Below are positions 52,991 through 64,000 of a stretch of 64,000 nucleotides of DNA, piece by piece. The stretch is taken from contig OZ320314.1 of assembly GCA_976226885.1 (NCBI GenBank), forward strand, positions 80,910,001 to 80,974,000, read 5' to 3'. The position numbers and the translations under genes are program-made. Origin of the DNA: Iphione sp. A-MEVVRFRX5 (Eukaryota). The notes below the pieces were generated by a model. The model was not told the DNA's origin. It searched no databases and saw nothing but the letters and a program-made list of their open reading frames with translations. Numbering within the stretch: position 1 is the first letter of the stretch; every line of letters starts with the position of its first letter.

Positions 52991-55289
52991 TGGGGCTTAT
53001 AGATAGATCAGGGCCAATTTGTGTCCCTGATGGTGCCTAACTTACAATGACAACATCCGACCTAGTCATGAGCTGATAGTCACAGTTCATGCCTTAGTAA
53101 CACTAGATGGAAAACAAGTTATAATGAAAGGCCAACATGAAGTTGTCAACATTCAGTTTCAACTCTATTTAAGCCAATGGTTCAACTTTGTTTAATTGAT
53201 TAGGAATGTTAAACATGCAGCCTGTGATAGTATATTACGTAATGTATTGGTGAACAAAATGTCTGCAATAGTCTTTATTTGTTCCTTGAAGCTGCCCATC
53301 AACTACATGTGATTGTCCCTTATGAATCCTGCTTTAGTTGGACTAGCTCCAAGATTCTTATGCGAGTCCTAACGATGAAGCAGAGGACTGCTTTAAGTGA
53401 TGAAATGTGGTTTACCTACCTATGTACATAACAACACTTTGCAATTCCTATGTTACAATCCAATCTAATCCAATTTAGGCATTGAAGTAATGTAGTCTGC
53501 AATACATATACATTATATGCTCAGTTAATGCCTGTGATCTATGGTATTATTCCTCTAAATCAACTCAGGTTATGATGATCTGTGTACGATCTGTGATGTC
53601 AAAGAATATAGAGCCTATGGCTAGTGATTGTCTTGGCATCTTGTATTACCCACTGCACTTACTTATGTCTTGTACTGACCTTTGTTTGAGTTTACCACTA
53701 TTAGGGTGTGTTCACATGTATCCGTATTTTCCTACAGCTAAGGTGACAAATCCATCTTTTTCCTATGGCTATGGATCCGTATGCAATGGGCACAATGCTT
53801 TAAGAAACATAAAACATCTGGTTAATTACATAGGGAAGCCCACAGCAGGAGGCAGCTAGGTCTTCAGACCTGTAGATGGATTCTTCCTACAGATACAGGC
53901 GAATCCCACCTAAATCTTGAAAAACCTTATGCATCACATGAGAAGATTAATAAAATATATATGAATATTTGAATTAAAATCATGATGTGTTACTTTTAGC
54001 CAATGAGACCAGGTATTGCATAGAGGTGCTACCATAGAGTGCTGGAAAGTTCCCAAATGCATTATTTTTCTCTATAAAACCCTATAGTAAAATGTGATTA
54101 GTCACATGATCAGCGACATCATCAAGGGATCTGTGGTTAGATTTGGTGGCCTCACCCTACTCACTCTGCCATCTTGGGGAGAGTATGGACTGGGAAGATA
54201 AACACATGATAATGTCACTCACCTCTCCTTCTAAGTCTCCTTTTAAGGTTTCCTATGAAAAATGAGAATAAATCCTGGCAGCTAGATCAAGCCTTGGCCT
54301 GTACCTAAATTCTTGACCAATCTTGAGATTCTGGCCCAGTTTGCGTCCAATTTTTAAATTGGTCATAGGACATCCGAAGGTGGCAAGAACATTGCGGCCC
54401 TGGCCCTCAATGTTCTGCGTTAAGTTTTGGGAAGATCAAGACTAGTTTGAGACCAGATTTTTCTGCTAGCTGTAGAGAGCTGATACTCAGTATACATATT
54501 GCAGGCCTGGCCCACAACGTTCTGGGAAAATTCTAGGAAATTGAGTCATAGGCTAAGTAGCTGGCCCACCGTACTCTGGATAAGTTTAGATGCCAACTGA
54601 TGCTAACTGCTGAGCACAAAGTCCGCCCTACCTTCTTGGGTCATGCCTGAGTCCCCACCTCCTTGTGATGTCATGGGAGTGTGGATGTGGTTGTGAGCAC
54701 CAGGCTTTGTTTGTACCATCCCCTCAGGTCTGTACACAAACCCCAGCACAAAGGTTGGAATTAGCACCTGGGACTGATCTGGCTAGATGCTACCACTCCC
54801 CTGCCAGTAACCTGAACTGCCCTGAGTCAATCAGGCTCTAATTTGGTGTGCGCCTCCAGGTTTTTGGGGCTATGTGCACATTAAATCTCAAGTCTCTACA
54901 ACAATTCTTCTGGAATCTAGACCAGAATCTCTGCTGAGCCCCCAGTCCATTTTCAGTTTTGGTGTCCTAAGTTGGCCAGCCGTGGGCCCTCTGTGCTTGG
55001 CACACACTTGAACCCAGTCCCAGGGCATATGCCTGTGAAAATTGCAGGTCAATGAATCAGTTTTGCATGGGGTTAAAGCAGAAACACTGACTACACCCCA
55101 TATTTGGGTGGGGATGGTCCAAACAGGGGTAGAAGATACAGGCCTAAGAGATGGTCCAAACAAGGAGCAAGACTCCATGACCAGTTGTTTTGATAATACT
55201 GGCCTAGGAGTAAGCACCCTGAGTGGGTACATATGGACCCCCTGGACAGGTATTCTGGCATCTACTGATCACCTGCTGATCCTTCAAAA

Positions 55290-56660
55290 GTGCGCCAGTG
55301 CCCTCCAGCTCCTGAGATGGTGTCTTCAGATGTAGAGATAAAGGCAGAATACAGCCCCAAGGTTGGATCAGATTTTAAGGGGCTGGGATCGGAGGTCACA
55401 TTCAAATCCAGCCTCCAGTGCAATCAATGCACTCCCAAGGAAATAGACCTTGAGGACCCAGCAGAGGGTTTGGTTCAACCAGAAACCAACCCAGACCCTG
55501 ATCCACACATGAGATTCCAAGGGCCTGGCATCGGAGATCACAATCAAATCCAGCCTCAAGCACAGTCAATGCACTCCGAAGGAAGTAAACCTTGAGGATC
55601 CAGCAGAGGGTTTGGTTCAACCAGACCCCAACCCAGACCCTTATCCTCACCCCTTCGGGGGGGGGGGAATTGGCCAACCCTGGCCAACCCATGCTCCAGA
55701 TATGTCTTCAGGATCCCAGATTCTTTAGCTGTGGCAGCAACAACTGGATGTTACAGTTGACCATGAAGGGCACAGCAGCCATGATGGCCAGGAATTTTTG
55801 GGGCCCCCCCACACCGGCATGCAGAAATAGGGTTTTCCATCAGCTGTTGTGTTTTGGAGGAATCTGCAATGGAAGACACTCCTGCTGAGTTGGTGACTCA
55901 GTCGTCTACTGACCAGATGGGGACCATGGCCATTACATGGAGGCCAACCCAGCTGCTGCTGCTGCCTCCAGACCAGCTGGGGAACCTGGTTAAATTCCAG
56001 GCTGAGAAACCAGCTCCAGAAATTGGACCAAGATTGGAGCCTGTCTTGGCGTCTGTGGAGATACTTGTCTCCGTGTATTGGACCCATCCTCTCTCCCAGC
56101 CCAAGGAACAGACTGACACTCTGGCCAGGCCTGAGAAACTCAAGGTGCCTCAAGAGCACCTAACTCAGCCTGGAGTTGGTCCTCAATGAGGGGGGGTTCA
56201 GCAGGGACTGCCAGGCAATGGAGATCCTGCACCTGATCCAATTTGCTGCCATCCCTCTCATCAAGAGCATTACAGACTATAAGCAAGGCTGTCCATTGGC
56301 TGGGAAGATCATTGCCACAAGGACAACCACAGCACTATGCTTCTTGGGCAGGGTGGCCTTCATGGCTAACCACCAGAGGCAGGACATAACCAGATTCAGA
56401 CTGCCCCAGGTTTAAAAGAGGCTGTGCCAGTCCAGGCCCCAGGAGTACTGGGACCTTCTTAGGTGAGAATATTCCAGACAAGGTGAAGGAGTGTTTGCAG
56501 GTCCACAAACTGCAACAAGTACTGTCCATGGGGGACAGGAGACCACCCCACAAGTCCATGCCAGCCTAATCCAGGTCTTCACCGAAGACAGGCCACCAGG
56601 TTGAAAGCCACAGAGGCCACAAGGGCAGCCAGAACAAGAACCTATCTCAGTAGTCTAAGA
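55290..56660 (+). mobile_element. DIRS/Ngaro-type tyrosine-recombinase retrotransposon gag (ORF1) relic
   Basis: Broken translation: low-complexity P/Q/S region, then RPEKLKVP, RDCQAMEILHLIQFAAIPL, ALCFLGRVAFMANHQRQDITRFRLPQV*KRLC and LLGENIPDKVKECLQVHKL. This fits the DIRS ORF1 pattern ALxLLG..N..RR..L...YK.LC...LFGDDL...KE. No RT or recombinase was recognisable. The element may extend to about 54000-56900. Confidence 0.65.
55388..55646. repeat. About 142-bp-period tandem duplication inside the DIRS-like ORF1
   Basis: ATCGGAG(G/A)TCACA..CAAATCCAGCCTC...CCTTGAGGA(C/T)CCAGCAGAGGGTTTGGTTCAACCAGA...AACCCAGACCCT occurs at about 55388 and 55530. Confidence 0.88.
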
Positions 56661-59600
56661 AGCATCGGTGAAGCCTTGGCTATGACATACCATGAGAGAG
56701 GCAAGGGCTCTGTACATGTACAGGACGTCAGGCATGCAAGTGCTTTGCATTAGCTCTACTTAGCTATAGCTAGGCGCCTAAAGGTCGTTCCAGAGTCGTT
56801 ACCTTACTGAGGTAAGCCCCTTGGCTGGTTGCACAGTAAAATCAGCTTAAGAAAGGTACCTTCAGCTAGTTCCATTGAGGCAAGCTCCTTAACTGGATGC
56901 TGAATAGTGTTCTGAATAGATTCAGCTCAAGACTTGAATAAACCTGGGTACCAAAAGGTCTTTTATTCAATGGCTTGGTTTAAAGGGAGTTATGCTTTTC
57001 TGTTTCATAATTAATTGTTCTTTACAATTCTTTCCCATTACTCTTGCAGAAAACTAAGAAAACGACTACATAAAATGTTTATATACATTTAAAGTCACAT
57101 TTAACAATAAATGAACTTTAGTAAACACATATCAAATTTATATATAATCTTATTGATAGTCTATCTTAAACTGTTAAAACAATAATGATTAATGGCTACT
57201 TTGAACCATACATACATCAATCATAGGTACATACATGACCTATAAACAACTATAGGTACTTTGACATCAATGTTCCCGGCAGTCCATAATCTAACAAATT
57301 TAGAAAAGGTCTCTCTTAAGAATTTACTCTTTGCTGCAGTACGGCCAAATACAGATTTTAACGAGGAAATTACACAAGAGAATGGTGTCATTAAATGCAA
57401 TAAATTAAATACTTAAATAATAACCTTTAATTTTACAACTGAAGGAAAAAAAACTGCAAAGTCAGGTCCTTGTTTAGATGGATCAACATTTATTCCCTTT
57501 GAGCCAGTCGCAACACGAAGACGATCACTATGTCTTACATACCAATTCTCCTTTGTACAGTATATACACAAATTCATCAGTCGACTGCAGCACACTGTGG
57601 CAAATGGACGAGCAAGAGGGGACAGACGAAAGGCGAGGGCAATAACATTACCCAGTGCCAGCCCAAGCTTCTGCTATGACTTATAAAATCAACCCATCCT
57701 TTCAAAATCATCAAACGACCATGTGGTTTATTTCTTTTAAGCAAAGACACACATAAAAATCGGTTGATCACGAACCAAATATCGTCGTGTACAATCATCA
57801 GGTTACCTGAGGGAGATAAACTCATAAAAAGTAAATGCACTTCTTGGCGGCTAACAGAAAATCAGAAAAATGAGGGGAAAAACAGGTGCAAGATTGGCTT
57901 TTCAGCATTTAGGCAAATTACTTTTATAATTCAATATGTCCAAGATGTCAAAATAAATACAATGTAACATATTCTGATTGATCTTTGAAAAAAAGGAGAC
58001 TCCAAATGTTATGGCTGCAATTGTTTTGAATGTACTTAAATTTATTATCCACTCATAATGAGTAAACAGACATGTATACTATGAAAGTTCACTGGATGGC
58101 AAAAATAATAAATATATGCATGAGCAAAGTGCTTTGAGCGTATATTCATTCTAGGAACAATACGCAACATTCTAATGTACTATCATTCATATGATCTAAT
58201 TCTACTTCTCAAAGTGTTAAACATTCGATTTCTTTCGATCTTTCCCGTGGGAAATATTTTGGACCCATGTTATAGTCAGCACAACACTGCACAACCAATC
58301 TATTCGACTACAAATATCAGTAAGTATAACATATTTTCTCAGTCCTCCACTCACCAGAGTACACAATGTGCAGAATGTCGCACTCATGTCTCACAAAACC
58401 ATAATGTAGCTGCTCAGCATTGTATTATGTAAACTGTGGGGCAAATAGTAGAGATCAGTGCCATTTCTCCATTACCCTGAAGCGTGTCTGTAACCTTACC
58501 CATGCTAAAGTGTAGCACATACTAGATTAAAACGTATGACAACAACATTCATTCATCCTGCCCACAAGTGGATAGGATCTCTGCGGGGGGGGGGGGATTC
58601 AGGGTACTTTGATAACAAGTATAATCGTGTCAATGTTCAATCAATAAATAAGCAAGACCAGGCTTAAATTCACTAAGAATTTTTGAGATCGGAAATGACA
58701 GTTCTGTGGTCGTTTGAAGACAACTGGTAATTCGGTGATATAATTTGACTTCAATCGGTCCAGTTCCCGAGAATATGTATATATTTTTTCTCTTGAATCA
58801 ATTCAGTGTATTTACATTTACCTCTGTATTAGGTTATCATGCCCAAACGCAGTAGTATTATCTTAGGAACGCAACGGTCATATAGTTGTAAATATGCACA
58901 TGTAATTAGGGATTCCCTTCTACAAGTTCAAGCGGTTATCATAATATTCACGCAACCTGCACGATTTGCATTAAGCACCCTCACAGTCATTCTGCAATGT
59001 GTGAAACATATGCAGAAACCGACATTCATGAAAAAAATCTGAACTAGTTCTGATAGGACCAAGTAAACCTCACCCATCAACACAATAAAAAATGAAAAGA
59101 AGAAGGCAGCAAATCAATACAAAAGAGGAGCTCTGTGAAATGTGTTTAAAGGCACCCTTTAACATTCACTGATATGGAAACTTCTCTATCAGAAGGGAAT
59201 TTACAGAGTCAGTCCCCAGCTATGTCATCATTTCATCAGCACTATAATGGGACTCACAATAATGATCGTACTGACAATGAGGGCAGTTACTCTCCACATT
59301 ATGTGCAGGGTCATCCAATGCTATACACACCCTACAACTGATTGCTTGGTTTCCATTTACCAACTACGCCATAAGCCATAGGCTGCAGACACAATGCTGC
59401 AGTCCGAATGCCTTACCCAATCTAGATTCTGAATTAATTGGTAACATGGCAAACCTGGATCTCTAGGATTGGCTGGTTTGCCTTTACTTGGTTGCCAACT
59501 ACTTCATAATCGATGGGATTTACAGACAAGCTCCTGTCTGGATGCTTTCCTGCATTACACTGGCCAATCCCTTTGTGAAACAGTCACTATACATGTACAT

Positions 59601-60452
59601 ACCTTATTTCTATGGATTATCTGTTACTTTACCAATAGCATAACTGTAGATCTCGGCTGCTACATGTTTAGGTTTTCCTGCTTGAACTTACTGAATCTTG
59701 TTCTCTGATGTTCATATCCTGAGCCTCTTGTACAGTCCAGGAAGGAGACGACAAAGAGCAAAATGCTTTTGTAGCCCTATCAAATAGTTCGGGAAAAAAT
59801 GCAATGATTTCCGACGTTTTAAACTGAACATTCACTTCGGTTCGCTGCGAGGTCGTGGCGATCGACATGGACTGCTATTATCATCAACGTATCATATCTG
59901 TTATGGCAAAAATCGTTATTATCACACGGTCCCTTTACACACGGCCGCCTCCGTGGCCTGACCGACATGACAAACAGTTCACACATACCAGGTACAAAAA
60001 TAAATCGGCAATGTACGCCTCAATTCCCGAAGAGCACCAAATCACGTCTCTTCAGGTTAATATGATCCAACTTGGGACACTGGTGAGTCAAGTTGAAAGT
60101 AGACAGTTTCTACCTGCGATGATGCGGCCGTTACTGATCACGCCCGGCCTTGGTCGCCCCACCTGGTGGAAAAAAGCCACCAGATTTGTGTCCGGTCACC
60201 TGGTAACGAACTGGTGCCTTTGTTGATGTTGGAGCAGAGTGCCTCGAAACAAAATCGAGAATAGTTATAACAATTATAAAACGTCGCCACACGCGGCGTG
60301 GAGTGTTCTCAATTAGTCATCTTGCATATAAAAAAATCCTCCCTCCTTGTCCTAAGGTCGCGTGGGGATCACAGTGCTTCGACTGACGTGCACGCCGCCG
60401 TTCGGGCTCATAACAAACTACAGCTTCGGGATGCTCACGACTGGAGGCGCCA

Positions 60453-60622
60453 CTATGCGTCCGTCGAGTTGGTCGTCGGAAAGGTGCATGCCAGCGTCGC
60501 CGACTTGTCCCTCAATTTGTGGATTATCGTCTTATGGAACTTGTCTTTGACTCGATTGAACTCCATGATGTCCCGGGGCTTCTCAGCGAACCAGAAACGG
60601 TCAAACTCGTAGAGCAGATAGG
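60453..60622 (-). CDS. ELMOD1/2: ELMO domain-containing protein 1/2-like, last coding exon
   Basis: Acceptor TCTTTCATTTAG|CC, then (S)YLLYEFDRFWFAEKPRDIMEFNRVKDKFHKTIIHKLRDKSATLACTFPTTNSTDA*. This matches the ELMOD C-terminus (YL..EF..FW..E.P.DIMEFNRV..KF). Confidence 0.95.
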
Positions 60623-61909
60623 CTAAATGAAAGACAATGTGGAATAATCCATCAAAGTTCATGGAGATTAGGCGGCGAACCTGAGAGATATATCTACAAG
60701 AAGAATGAAAATAAGTCTATATACTTCTACTGTTATTTCCTCACTGACGGCTGAAGCAGTGAGCTACTTAAGATGTCAGAATAACTGCACTGATCATCGT
60801 CACAAATTGGCAAGGAACCATGACCTTTTGTTCCGGTATTGGCGTTTTCCTCATCAAATATATATACAGTGGAGTCTCCATTTCCAACCACTGCCATTTC
60901 TGACCAAAACGCCCATTCCGACCATTTGCGCTTGGAACATAAATTTTGTCTATACATAACCAATATAGGAGGTGATCAATTTCTGACCATATCAATTTCC
61001 AACCAATTTCAGCTTCCGTCCAATTGATAAGAGATCAAATCTGCTTTATTTTACTATCGATTTGTGACCGGGGGCATCAACTCCGACTTCTCTGATGTCC
61101 TCACACCTAATGATTGAAAGAGTGGTCGGGAGAGGCACGGGGTGTCAAGCACTACCTCTCTAATGTCTCTCACACCCTGGAGGGTCTGGTTGGGAGAGAC
61201 TGGAGGCGTCAATGGCGACATCTCGGATGTCCTCACACCTTGAAATCAGTCGAAACCCACATATTCACGGTCCAAAACTGCCAATTCGTGGTCTAAACCT
61301 GCCGATTCACTGTCTATACCCACCAAAATTCACCAATTTAATAGAGAGAGAAGGAGAAAGGGATATTTTTTCAGCCCATACCCCCGACTCAATCGATTTC
61401 TGAGCAAACTTGCCATTCTGACCACTTTGGGTCAGACCCTACCACTGGTCCGCAATAGAGACTCAACTCTATATATGAACATGCATGTTATCTCACGAAG
61501 ATAAATATATTTATATATACATGTATAATATAAATATATAGTTTACATATTTATGCTTGAAATATTTCACTTTTTTATATCTTTATTTATCCTGAGAGAT
61601 ATACACTGAAGTACGTCTTGGTCACCAAAAGCCTCAACATTGACAAATTGTACCCTCTACCTGTTACCCAGAAAAAAAATCATTTCACTCTTCGCGACAG
61701 TAAGGAAGCAAATTCCACAATTAAACGAAACTGCGTGGAAATTACTTAACCTTCCCATCCCCCGAACTATTCACATAAATGTTCATGCATGACCATAGCG
61801 GGATCATTTTTCTTCGAATGGAATTCAAAGTAACGAAAATGCCGCATTTTACACAAACTGGTGGTGATGAGAACCATACCCTCCGTTGGGACATGGACAG
61901 GGGACTTAC

Positions 61910-62043
61910 AATAGACTTGATGGAAGTCCTCCAGACGCGGCCGGCCGGCCACCACGTTATAGAAGTGTGTCTTGAGGTGACCGCCTGTCAGCAGCTGGTG
62001 GGTCAGTCCGGTGATGTTGATACCAACAATGGCGAACGAATAC
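61910..62043 (-). CDS. ELMOD1/2: ELMOD1/2-like internal exon (134 nt)
   Basis: TTTTCTTGTAG|G ... TATT|GTAAGT, encoding (G)YSFAIVGINITGLTHQLLTGGHLKTHFYNVVAGRPRLEDFHQVY. This is the ELMOD GYSFAIVGINIT..LKTHFYN motif, and phases join both neighbours. Confidence 0.95.
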
Positions 62044-63011
62044 CTACAAGAAAAATGGTGCACACTGAGTGAGAATGAAGTTAAAAGGGGAGGACGGAGG
62101 TAGGATGGAACCAGCTAGGTAGGTATAAGAGGAATAACTAAGTCGGTAAATACGGTTTATTTGCCTGTTAAACACTCATTTAGACATTCTCTCAACTGAC
62201 ACTACAGAACTGACTCGGGTCTGATCCGCTGTCGCATCTACTGGGTCTGGTCCGGCCGTGTTTTATATAATCAGAGTAGACCTGTATACATGCATATAAG
62301 CGTCGATAACAGAACTCCTATCCCTTGTTATGACCAAACAACAGACAACAGATCCAATGAGGAAACAACTTTTTCCAACATACAAAAAGGCGTCTGCGTG
62401 CTGAAGAAAAAAAGATCTACTGCTGCACTGACAACTCAAAAACAATGGCAGAAATCCAAGAATGTTTGCAGCTATTCGTGGCTGGTAACCATTTTTTTAT
62501 GGTTCTATTTGGTTAAGGAAAGAAACAATAGCGGTACCATCCTTGCTTACTTCATCTCAGAATTACCCGGCCAGAGGGTAGAATTTCTTTGTTTTCGCCT
62601 GCGTAAATTCTATTTTGACCTAGTACATCAGGTACTCGACCAACTACAAAATACAGGATATAAGAATAAAATACTGTGCTCGCAAGATGACAAAATATTT
62701 TTTACGATTTTTGGGGGGGTCGGGGGTGGGTTGGTTAACGTTGGTTTCACGTTACAGCCTTAGCTGCTTTTTAAATAAATACAAAGGCCCATCAGATTTT
62801 AAATTCACAGATTGTATCCATCTAATCATCCATAATTCATTTACCACAGTATCATGTTACACCTCAGAATTATCTTCTACAATACCCTCCTTCCTCCTTA
62901 GAAACACAGTGGTGGTGTTAATGATAGGTCATCATAGGAGTGTATTCAAGTATGTGGACTGGTGCACTTTATGTGTACTTCTTTGACTCTGTATGCAGGG
63001 AGGTAACTTAC

Positions 63012-63080
63012 CCACACTGGGGATGTGCTGATCGCGACACCATTTGAAGAGCAGCTTCTGTATGCTCGTCCACAAAATAT
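63012..63080 (-). CDS. ELMOD1/2: ELMOD1/2-like internal exon (69 nt)
   Basis: TTTTCTTTTTCCAACAG|A ... TGTGG|GTAAGT, encoding (L)YFVDEHTEAALQMVSRSAHPQC(G). It corresponds to YF....A..LS.S.HP of ELMOD2, with phase 2 on both sides. Confidence 0.92.
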
Positions 63081-63911
63081 CTGTTGGAAAAAGAAAATTC
63101 AAACTAGCCTGAACACGAGATAGAAATATATACATGTACACGTGTATGTGTGAATGTATGCATGGAGTGAGAGTGAGACGCCTTTCTTGGGCATCGACTT
63201 TTCTGACATTCGCTTTACACCTACCTGACCGACTTATTATAAAGGGAATGGGGGAGATATATTAGTAGCGGCCCCTTAATTGCGACACATAAAAACCTTT
63301 ACCTTATTATCGTGTCATTGTTAGTAGGAAAAATAAAATAATGTTTGTTACCTACATATCATGTACGTTGTAAAGGCACTTGTAAATGAGCAGCTTTTAT
63401 TTGAAAACAAATCTGTACATGCACACTGTAATTCCTTTTTTGTCCTCGTGGAAAATAATAGAATCCGGGGGAAAACACATCGCAGACGAAAATTAAATTG
63501 AGATCTTTTCCATAGTAAATTTACATTGCATGGTTAAAATTTAGATGTTCTGTAGAACGAGATTATAATCTTTACAATAATTAAAACAGCTCAGTGTGTA
63601 CTGGGGTCACCTGACCTATGAACTTTAATTGCTAGTGTAGTTCTAGTGAAACATAAGGAGATTCACAACAGTCGGTTTCATAAACATCGCTATATCTCAT
63701 ATTTGTCCCTATTACACCAAGACAGTATTTGTCCCCACATTGAGTGTGCCTAAAATCCCGTATACCATGCAGTCTTGGTATGTAGATAGGCGTGGAATGC
63801 AGACAACACACGCGGCATTCTCATGTTGAAAAAATCAGGCATCTTTAATGTGAAATCAGTTTAATAGTACAAAAAAATAGATGATATCATAGCAATGTAT
63901 CAGTTACTCAC

Positions 63912-64000
63912 AGTAAATTGTGGAGTCCGAGCAGGCCCATGCCACGAAAATCAGTCATGGGGTCATCGCCCTGGAAACCTATCTTCGTCCACTGCTTGCT
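63912..64000 (-). CDS. ELMOD1/2: ELMOD1/2-like exon with the GAP signature, cut by the window edge
   Basis: SKQWTKIGFQGDDPMTDFRGMGLLGLHNL, then CT|GTGAGT. It contains W..IGFQG.DP.TDFRG with the conserved catalytic Arg of ELMO-domain GAPs. Confidence 0.96.

Noticed and set aside
59189-59239. Minus-strand ATGATGA...CTGA...CTGA resembling a C/D snoRNA
   Set aside because: Only about 50 nt, no terminal stem, and no rRNA or snRNA complementarity that I could recognise.
59668-59868. 66-aa minus-strand ORF MSIATTSQRTEVNVQFK... with a GTAAGT inside
   Set aside because: No recognisable homology, and it most simply lies within the ELMOD 3' UTR.
61091-61240. Three spaced repeats superficially like a CRISPR array
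   Set aside because: Only three short, divergent copies, no cas genes, and located in an intron of an animal gene.
61606-61632. CTGAAGT...CCAAAAGC resembling a minimal hammerhead ribozyme
   Set aside because: Both catalytic core segments deviate (CUGANGA and GAAA) and stem II does not pair cleanly. At most a dead relic.
61779-62072. Plus-strand 97-aa ORF MFMHDHSGIIF...
   Set aside because: Antisense shadow of the ELMOD exon at 61910-62043.

Overview
Animal genomic DNA with spliceosomal introns, most likely a marine invertebrate (lophotrochozoan-like by impression only). No prokaryotic features, CRISPR arrays, rRNA or tRNA genes were found. Two protein-coding genes are well supported. The first is a plus-strand C2H2 zinc-finger transcription factor whose large exon (29400-31490) encodes a compact ~55-aa N-terminal domain, Ser/Pro-rich low-complexity sequence and three zinc fingers. 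The second is the 3' half of an ELMOD1/2-type ARF/ARL GAP gene on the minus strand (four exons, 60453-64000, phases consistent). The 28 kb upstream of the zinc-finger exon is a string of GC-rich, promoter-like islands. About ten of them carry short ATG-to-donor segments in phase 0 that could each splice in frame to the 29400 acceptor, so this may be a multi-promoter, variable-N-terminus locus (hypothesis, with counter-examples). The interval 48.7-56.7 kb holds decayed retroelements: a Penelope-like element, a LINE RT relic and a DIRS/Ngaro-like gag. Several orphan exon-like segments (42848, 48236-48268, 57050, and a minus-strand chain at 57438-59331) hint at unannotated transcripts, but none could be assigned to a known family. 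All work was by eye and no database search was run.
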